The notes below the pieces were generated by a model. The model ran no database searches and was not told the origin of the DNA. It saw only the letters and a list, made by a program, of their open reading frames with translations. The position numbers were made by a program, and so were the translations under genes. 64,000 bases of DNA from Longimicrobiales bacterium (GTDB lineage Bacteria > Gemmatimonadota > Gemmatimonadetes > Longimicrobiales > Gaopeijiaceae): assembly GCA_029245345.1 (NCBI GenBank), contig JAQWPM010000002.1:29284-93283 (forward strand), given 5' to 3'. How positions within the stretch are numbered: the stretch's first letter is position 1; each line of letters starts with the position of its first letter. Shown here one piece after another: positions 29,451 to 35,204 of this stretch.

Positions 29451-29744
29451 ATGACGAAGGCAGACTTGGTCGAGCAGGTGGCCGAAGCCATCGGTCCGGG
29501 TGTCACCAAGAAGGACTGCGCGCTCGTCGTAGACGGATTTCTAAACGCCGTGAAGCTGGCGATGACGAAAGGCGAGAATATCGAGATCCGGGGTTTCGGG
29601 ACCTTCAAGGTTCGCAAACGGAAGACGAGAGTCGCGCGGAATCCGCGCACGGGCGACCCGGTCGAGGTCCCCTCCCGTTCCGTCCCTGTGTTCAAGCCAT
29701 CGAAGCATCTGCGCGCTCGCGTCGCCAAGCTCGACGACCTCTAG
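29451..29744 (+). CDS. HU/IHF-family DNA-binding protein
   Basis: 97 aa, with GFGTFKVRKRKTRVARNPRTGDPVEVP (the DNA-binding beta-arm with conserved Pro). A GGAGG ribosome-binding site lies upstream. Confidence 0.88.
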   Translation: MTKADLVEQVAEAIGPGVTKKDCALVVDGFLNAVKLAMTKGENIEIRGFGTFKVRKRKTRVARNPRTGDPVEVPSRSVPVFKPSKHLRARVAKLDDL

Positions 29745-29802
29745 CGAATGGAGCCGTTCGGCTCCGTTTAACGTTTCTCGCCTTGTGTGCATCTGACGTT
29801 CA

Positions 29803-30360
29803 GTGAGCGAACTCGAACCGATGGATGACGGACCTTCCGATGAGGAACTGGTCGAACGAGCTCGAGCGGGTGACGAAGCCGCGCTCGGCAAGTTGGTGGA
29901 GCGACATCACCCAGCTGCGTTCAGGGTGGCAGTCTCGATGCTTAGAGACGACGATGCCGCACAGGACGTGGTTCAGGATGCCTTCATCAAGGCGTTCCGT
30001 GCGCTCCCCGGATTCCGGGGCGACGCCGCCTTTCGGACTTGGATTCTCACGATTACCGCGAACGAAGCGCGAGGTGCGTTTCGTAAGCGAGGTCGACGAA
30101 AGGAATCGAATCTGGACGATGTCGGTCCCGTCCCTACGGACGAGAAGGGGCTCGACGAGCAAGTCGTGCTCGCCCAAGAGGCGGCGCGTGCCCGAAGCCT
30201 GTTGGAAGAACTACCGGAGAAGCAAAAACTCTCCGTTTCGTTACGAATAGAGGAAGGTTTGAGTTTTAGAGAGATCGGTGAGATCATCGGATCCAGCGAA
30301 GGAGCCGCACGAGTGAACTACTTTCATGGTATCCGGCGGCTGAGGGAGTTGATGGAATGA
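29803..30360 (+). CDS. ECF RNA polymerase sigma factor (sigma-24/RpoE-like)
   Basis: Region 2 (DDAAQDVVQDAFIKAF...FRTWILTITANEARG) and region 4 (LPEKQKLSVSLRIEEGLSFREIGEIIGSSEGAARVNYFHGIRRLRE). Confidence 0.88.
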   Translation: MSELEPMDDGPSDEELVERARAGDEAALGKLVERHHPAAFRVAVSMLRDDDAAQDVVQDAFIKAFRALPGFRGDAAFRTWILTITANEARGAFRKRGRRKESNLDDVGPVPTDEKGLDEQVVLAQEAARARSLLEELPEKQKLSVSLRIEEGLSFREIGEIIGSSEGAARVNYFHGIRRLRELME

Positions 30361-30833
30361 GCGTACCCGAGTGTGAAATCGTGCGGGAGCAAATCCCGTT
30401 ACACATGAGCGAACAGCTCACGCCCGAAGAGGTCACGGGGCTCGAGCTTCACGTGAGTACGTGTACTGCGTGCGAGGCGGAGTTGGGTCTCGCCGGGGTG
30501 TTGTTCGCGACGCGCCCTGTGCCGCCGGCCGGCCTATCGGGCAGGATTCAGGATGCAGTCCGTTACGACAAGCGCTCCGTCCGCCGACCGTGGTGGGGAC
30601 TCACCGCGGCAGCCGTGGCTGCGTTGGCACTCGGTATCGGCTTCGCGGGAGACGATCCTTCCTTCACGGATCCGATTGTGCCGGAGTATGCATACGAAAT
30701 GGAAGAGCAGGGGCTCTGGTTGGCCGACGATGGTCTCGTTGCGGGTGCGCCGTCACTCGAGGAATTGACGGACGAAGCTCTCGCACAGTTGCTTGAAGAA
30801 TTGAGCGTGGGAAGCGCGGGAGGAGCGGCATGA
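30357..30833 (+). CDS. Anti-sigma factor, zf-HC2 type, single-pass membrane protein
   Basis: Its start overlaps the sigma gene stop. It has an N-terminal C..x..HVSTCTAC (Hx3Cx2C) motif and one hydrophobic segment, WWGLTAAAVAALALGIGFAG. Confidence 0.75.
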   Translation: MSVPECEIVREQIPLHMSEQLTPEEVTGLELHVSTCTACEAELGLAGVLFATRPVPPAGLSGRIQDAVRYDKRSVRRPWWGLTAAAVAALALGIGFAGDDPSFTDPIVPEYAYEMEEQGLWLADDGLVAGAPSLEELTDEALAQLLEELSVGSAGGAA

Positions 30834-31396
30834 TTCGACGGTTGATGGTGTTCGCCACCACGGTGTTTTGCGTGCTTGTTGCTACTCCGCTCGAAGCCCA
30901 GCGTGGGCCTCCGATGGGGCGCCGGGGTCAGGACCAGAGTGAGCGACAAAGTGGGGAACGCGCACAGCTCGAGCGTCGGGTTCGGGCCCAGATGGGTGAG
31001 ATGATAAAACGCCGGCTTGGGCTCACCGAGGAGGAGCATGCGAGTCTCGGCGAAATTGCCGAGGAGTTCATGCCCCTGCGCCGTAGGCTCGCCCGTGTTG
31101 AGCAGGCGGTTCGACTGAAGGTCGAAGCGCTCGCCTTGGAGGCGCCCACGAACGACGCCGAGGCGTCTGAGTTGTTGGCGCGATTGGTGGATCTGAGAAG
31201 GCAGGACGCCGAGCTGTTCGTGCAGGAACAAGATCGGATGCTTGAGGTGCTGACTCCCCTCCAGGTGCTCCAGATCCATGTGTTACGGGAAGAACTAGGT
31301 GAGCGGATCCGAAGGTTGCGCGGCGGTCGGGGGAACCCTGGCGGCAACGGGACGCCAGGACGCCACCAGCTCGGCGACGATGTTTCGGAACGTTGA
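30830..31396 (+). CDS. Secreted LTXXQ-motif protein (Spy/CpxP-like periplasmic protein)
   Basis: Signal peptide MIRRLMVFATTVFCVLVATPLEAQ, highly charged helical repeats, and LTEEE plus LTPLQ motifs. The start overlaps the anti-sigma stop. Confidence 0.55.
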   Translation: MIRRLMVFATTVFCVLVATPLEAQRGPPMGRRGQDQSERQSGERAQLERRVRAQMGEMIKRRLGLTEEEHASLGEIAEEFMPLRRRLARVEQAVRLKVEALALEAPTNDAEASELLARLVDLRRQDAELFVQEQDRMLEVLTPLQVLQIHVLREELGERIRRLRGGRGNPGGNGTPGRHQLGDDVSER

Positions 31397-31453
31397 CCTA
31401 ACGGATGGGGTCTCTCAAGCTCACCCCGTCCTGAAGCACATTCCCCAACGGTC

Positions 31454-31705
31454 ATGACCCTTCCTGTCCGCACGTTGTTTTTTGCTGCGTATCGAGATCG
31501 ACTCGGGATCGCTGAGCTTGAGGTCGACCTTTTGGCTGGTGCCACCGTGGCGGACCTTGTGGCGGAGTTGAGGGGGCGCGGTGCTCCGTTCGATATTCTC
31601 CCTGAGAGCCCAGCGGTCGCAGTGAACCACACCTACGCGTTTCTCGATGAAGAACTCGCGGCGGGTGATGAGGTCGCGTTCATCCCACCGGTCGCGGGCG
31701 GCTGA
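31454..31705 (+). CDS. moaD: Molybdopterin synthase sulfur-carrier subunit
   Basis: 83 aa of ubiquitin-like size ending in ...FIPPVAGG, directly before moaE. Confidence 0.8.
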   Translation: MTLPVRTLFFAAYRDRLGIAELEVDLLAGATVADLVAELRGRGAPFDILPESPAVAVNHTYAFLDEELAAGDEVAFIPPVAGG

Positions 31706-32154
31706 TGGTATTCGCTTCGGTATGCACGGACCTGATCGACACGAATGAGGTCCTCACCCGAATCGGTTCCGATCAAGATGGAGCGACTCTGTTATTCCTA
31801 GGGGTTGTCCGGGACCATGCCGATGGACGGCCGGTTTCGGGTATGCGTTACGATGCGTATGAGGAGATGGCGACGCCGGTACTTCTCGGAATCGCACAGG
31901 AGGCTGCTGACCGAACGGGCTCGGATCGGATCGCTGTAGTGCACCGCTTTGGCGAGCTTTCGATCGGGGACGTGAGTGTGGCAATCGCGGTATCGACGCC
32001 TCATCGAGCGGAGGCCTACGATGCGTCCCGATATGTGATCGAGGAGATCAAAAAGCGTCTCCCGGTGTGGAAGAAGGAACACTACACGGACGGTGGCTCA
32101 GAATGGGTTGCAGGCACCGTGCCTCCAGGAACCGCGTCCCAAGGCATCTCATGA
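31705..32154 (+). CDS. moaE: Molybdopterin synthase catalytic subunit
   Basis: 149 aa with the GATLLFLGVVRD, YEEMA and PVWKKEHY blocks typical of MoaE. Confidence 0.85.
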   Translation: MVFASVCTDLIDTNEVLTRIGSDQDGATLLFLGVVRDHADGRPVSGMRYDAYEEMATPVLLGIAQEAADRTGSDRIAVVHRFGELSIGDVSVAIAVSTPHRAEAYDASRYVIEEIKKRLPVWKKEHYTDGGSEWVAGTVPPGTASQGIS

Positions 32155-33131
32155 AGGACCAGTTCGGAAGAACTGTCGAATACCTGAGGGTATCGGTCAC
32201 CGACAAGTGCAATCTGCGCTGCGTCTACTGTATGCCTCTCGAAGGATTGGATTGGCTCAAGCGGGAGGATCTGCTCAGCTATGAAGAGATTGAGAAGATC
32301 GTCCGCACCATGGCGGGTATGGGACTTCGTCGTGTGCGAATCACAGGGGGCGAGCCACTCATTCGACGAGATCTGCCCGACCTCGTAAAGATGATCGCTG
32401 CCGTCCCGGGGATCGACGATCTCTCGTTGTCGACGAACGCCGTGTTGCTCGCGGACCAGGCCGAGGCGCTGCGTTCCGCAGGAGTCACTCGGCTCAACAT
32501 CTCTCTCGATTCGCTGAGACAGGATCGGGTTGACGAGATCTCGCGCAGGCCGGGTTCGTTCCCGAAGATTATGGAAGGCCTCGACGCAGCGGAGGCTGTC
32601 GGATTCGATCCCCTCAAGATCAATGTCGTGCTCATTCGTGGGCAGAACGACGATGAGATCGAAGACTTCGCCCGCATCACTCGTGATCGGCCTTGGCACG
32701 TGCGATTCATCGAGCTCATGCCGACAGGATCGAATCTAGATCTGAGCACCAACAATTACTTCTCGTGCGCCGATGCCTTGAAACGGGTACGGGCCATCGA
32801 AGAGATCGAACCGGTCGACGGGCCGTTCGGCAACGGTCCCGCGACGTACTACCAGTTCCCCAACGCCCGCGGCACCGTTGGTGTGATTACGCCCATGAGT
32901 CACAACTACTGTGACCGCTGCAACCGCATGCGTTTGACGGCCTCAGGGGAGCTTCGTCCTTGCCTCTTCGGGGAGCTGCAGACCAATCTCCGTGACGCTC
33001 TCCGGGCCGGGGAAGACTTGGTGCCCCTCATCGAGGAAACCCTGCGTATCAAGCCCGAAAGACACTACCTGATCCAGGGGAGTGATTCCGGATCGGGTGG
33101 GCTGGTCGCCCTGTCCCAGACCGGCGGGTAG
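32151..33131 (+). CDS. moaA: GTP 3',8-cyclase (radical SAM)
   Basis: YLRVSVTDKCNLRCVYCMP (CxxxCxxC) and C-terminal CDRCNRMRLTASGELRPCL, ending in GG. ATG 32151 overlaps the moaE stop (ATGA). Confidence 0.92.
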   Translation: MKDQFGRTVEYLRVSVTDKCNLRCVYCMPLEGLDWLKREDLLSYEEIEKIVRTMAGMGLRRVRITGGEPLIRRDLPDLVKMIAAVPGIDDLSLSTNAVLLADQAEALRSAGVTRLNISLDSLRQDRVDEISRRPGSFPKIMEGLDAAEAVGFDPLKINVVLIRGQNDDEIEDFARITRDRPWHVRFIELMPTGSNLDLSTNNYFSCADALKRVRAIEEIEPVDGPFGNGPATYYQFPNARGTVGVITPMSHNYCDRCNRMRLTASGELRPCLFGELQTNLRDALRAGEDLVPLIEETLRIKPERHYLIQGSDSGSGGLVALSQTGG

Positions 33132-33225
33132 ACCTCCGACAGCAGGTCGTTTACACTCCTCATAGGGGTCGTGTCATGGCCCCAGATATCTCCAAGATTA
33201 TCCTGCCGCGGAGCGGATTTTTGTT

Positions 33226-34164
33226 ATGAGCGTGAAGAAGATCACCGTAGTTGGCGCAGGGCACGTCGGCGCCACCTGCTCACAGCTTTTGGCTCAGAAG
33301 GAACTCGCCAAAGAGGTCATCCTCGTCGACATCGCGGATGGTATTCCGCAGGGCAAGGGACTGGATCAGTGGGAGAGTGCTCCCATCGAGGGCTGCGACA
33401 GCCGCGTGTATGGTGTGAACGACTACGAGAAGTGCGCAGACTCTGAAATCTTCATCATCACAGCTGGTGTGGCGCGTAAGCCTGGGATGAGTCGCGACGA
33501 TCTCCTCAAGATCAACGCCGGCGTAATCAAATCGGTTTGTGAAGAGATCAAGCGAGTCGCACCCGAGTCGATCGTGATCATGGTCACGAACCCACTCGAC
33601 GTCATGGCTCAGGTTGCTCTCGAAACGACTGGCTTCCCGCGTGAGCGTGTGATTGGAATGGCGGGTGTGCTCGACACGGCTCGTTACCGCTCGTTCATCG
33701 CGCTTGAGCTGGATGTCTCGATTGAAGACATCCAGGCGCTCGTTCTCGGCGGTCACGGTGACACGATGGTCCCCCTCGCCAGCTACACCTCGGTGAGCGG
33801 TATTCCGGTGTCGCAGTTGATGTCACAGGAGCGCATCGATGCCCTCGTTGAGCGAACGCGGAAGGGTGGCGGTGAGATTGTCGCATACCTGAAGACCGGA
33901 AGCGCGTACTACGCGCCGGCAGCTGCAGCTGTTCAGATGGCTGAGGCGATCGTGAAGGACAAGAAGCGGATCCTTCCGTGCGCCGCGTGGCTGCAGGGTG
34001 AGTACGGCATGAGCGATATGTATCTCGGCGTACCGTGCCAGCTCGGAGAGGGTGGTCTGCAGCGCATTATCGAAGTGGAGTTGCGCGACGAAGAGAAGGC
34101 CGCGCTCGAGAACAGTGCGGAGCATGTTCGGTCCACAGTCGCAGCGCTTAAGGCGCTTCAGTAA
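33226..34164 (+). CDS. mdh: Malate dehydrogenase (LDH-like family)
   Basis: KITVVGAGHVGAT, ITAGVARKPGMSRDDL, GVLDTARYR and VLGGHGDTMVP. Confidence 0.93.
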   Translation: MSVKKITVVGAGHVGATCSQLLAQKELAKEVILVDIADGIPQGKGLDQWESAPIEGCDSRVYGVNDYEKCADSEIFIITAGVARKPGMSRDDLLKINAGVIKSVCEEIKRVAPESIVIMVTNPLDVMAQVALETTGFPRERVIGMAGVLDTARYRSFIALELDVSIEDIQALVLGGHGDTMVPLASYTSVSGIPVSQLMSQERIDALVERTRKGGGEIVAYLKTGSAYYAPAAAAVQMAEAIVKDKKRILPCAAWLQGEYGMSDMYLGVPCQLGEGGLQRIIEVELRDEEKAALENSAEHVRSTVAALKALQ

Positions 34165-34171
34165 GCTCTTG

Positions 34172-34200
34172 TTGACGCCGACCCTAAGAGAGGCCAGAGT
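34172..34200 (+). promoter_or_regulatory. Weak candidate promoter in the mdh/tRNA-Asn spacer
   Basis: TTGACG (34172-34177), a 17-nt spacer, then CAGAGT (34195-34200). The -10 matches only 3 of 6 consensus positions. Confidence 0.2.
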
Positions 34201-34229
34201 GGTCACATGATGCTTCTGCTCAGCACCTC

Positions 34230-34259
34230 GAATTTGAATCGGAATCGCAATCCCAATCG
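34230..34259 (+). repeat. Five tandem degenerate hexamers SAATYS
   Basis: GAATTT GAATCG GAATCG CAATCC CAATCG read directly from the sequence, with a sixth degenerate unit GGAACG. Confidence 0.9.
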
Positions 34260-34305
34260 GGAACGCGGCGAGATGCTCGTGTAGCTGAGTCAGACAGCAA
34301 ACGAG

Positions 34306-34346
34306 ACGGCCGCGATCCCTGAGAACGGATCGCGGCCGTTTTTGTT
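34306..34346 (+). terminator. Strong rho-independent terminator
   Basis: ACGGCCGCGATCC (34306-34318) pairs perfectly with GGATCGCGGCCGT (34327-34339) around an 8-nt loop, followed by TTTTTGTT. Confidence 0.8.
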
Positions 34347-34374
34347 GGGGTCTCCCAAAGAGGCCGGAAGTTGA

Positions 34375-34447
34375 TGGGGTGTAGCTCAACTGGCAGAGCG
34401 CCTGACTGTTAATCAGGAGGTTGGAGGTTCAAACCCTCCCGCCCCAG
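34375..34447 (+). tRNA. tRNA-Asn (anticodon GTT)
   Basis: The cloverleaf was folded by hand. Acceptor TGGGGTG/CGCCCCA, D-arm GCTC..GAGC, anticodon stem CCTGA/TCAGG with loop CTGTTAA, T-arm GGAGG-TTCAAAC-CCTCC, discriminator G. CCA is not encoded. Confidence 0.9.
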
Positions 34448-34458
34448 TGAAGGAAGAT

Positions 34459-34494
34459 GAAGCGCCCCGGAGCTTTTCAGCTCTGGGGCGCTTC
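34459..34494 (+). terminator. Hairpin (probable terminator) after tRNA-Asn
   Basis: GAAGCGCCCCGGAGC (34459-34473) pairs with GCTCTGGGGCGCTTC (34480-34494), a 15-bp stem with one G-T pair and a loop TTTTCA. There is no clear T-tract afterwards. Confidence 0.55.
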
Positions 34495-34535
34495 GTGTTC
34501 CGGGCCGCTGTGTCTCTAGTGTGTCCCGAGCCGAT

Positions 34536-34553
34536 CTATTCCGGCCGGAATAG
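34536..34553. repeat. Perfect 18-nt palindrome CTATTCCGGCCGGAATAG
   Basis: Read directly. It lies inside a cluster of nested inverted repeats at 34495-34640. Confidence 0.9.
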
Positions 34554-35204
34554 CGGGTCCTTCCGGACACTCTCCGGATGGGGGCGTTGTTGCATGGCTC
34601 GGGATCGCGAACAGATCCCCCGTCCCCCGAGCGGAACACACGCCACTCGATAGCTGTCGGGCAGACCGAGGTGGGTCATCGTGTTGAGGATCGTGCTCGC
34701 GAGTTCTACCTCAATTCGCTGCCCATCCAAGGTCCGGCTTCGCATACTTGTACTGGCTGGGTTTCGGGTACTTCATTGGTGGCGGCCCCGGGTGGCGAGG
34801 ACTTCGCGTCACCTTGAATCTAAATCCGGGAGCCATGCACCAACGCCGTCAAGCGACGGGATCCGGTGGCCATCCTGCCGCTGATCCTGTCGCGAACGGA
34901 TCTCGAGTTTCGGCCGACAATCTTATGCCCCCACGTCGGCTCCCAACTGAGTCTCTATCGGACTCCGGGACCGAAATATTCACCGCCAAACAAGCTCATC
35001 CGATTCGCTTTCGGATACAAAAGACTCATTTCCAATCACTCTGTCGATCTTTATCTAGACCGACTTCAAGCCCTCTTAGGACCCGGCGGCTTGAAGGTGC
35101 GCGACGACTGATACCGTGAGCAATCCTGACCGAAGCAAGCTACGTTGCAGACTGCGCGCCCTATCGTGAGCGCAGTCCAATGACCAAATCCGAGGTTTGA
35201 AACC

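Noticed and set aside
31397-31453. Possible Moco riboswitch upstream of moaD
   Set aside because: The spacer is only 57 nt, too short for the ~130-nt Moco element. It contains just one 9-bp hairpin (31403-31431), probably the terminator of the preceding operon.
33823-34389. 188-aa minus-strand ORF spanning the mdh 3' end, the spacer and the tRNA-Asn 5' end
   Set aside because: It overlaps a confident CDS, a terminator hairpin and a tRNA, and its translation has no recognisable domain.
34640-34745. Minus-strand fragment ..ILNTMTHLGLPDSYRVACVPLGG.. vaguely like the LGLS..YRLA..GVP helix-turn-helix of HigA/VapI antitoxins
   Set aside because: There are only a handful of matching positions and no HPGE motif. 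No convincing HigB-like partner could be found upstream in any frame. I mention it only as a lead for a translated database search.
35064-35076. TTCAAGCCCTCT resembling the tRNA-Asn T-arm/3' segment TTCAAACCCTCC (a possible att repeat)
   Set aside because: Only 10 of 12 positions match and there is no extension of similarity on either side. By my rough estimate a match of this quality in ~750 bp is not clearly beyond chance.
34748-35119. 123-aa plus-strand ORF in the gene-free tract after tRNA-Asn
   Set aside because: Its codons end frequently in A/T, unlike every confident gene here. It has no ribosome-binding site and no recognisable motif, so it is probably non-coding or decayed sequence.
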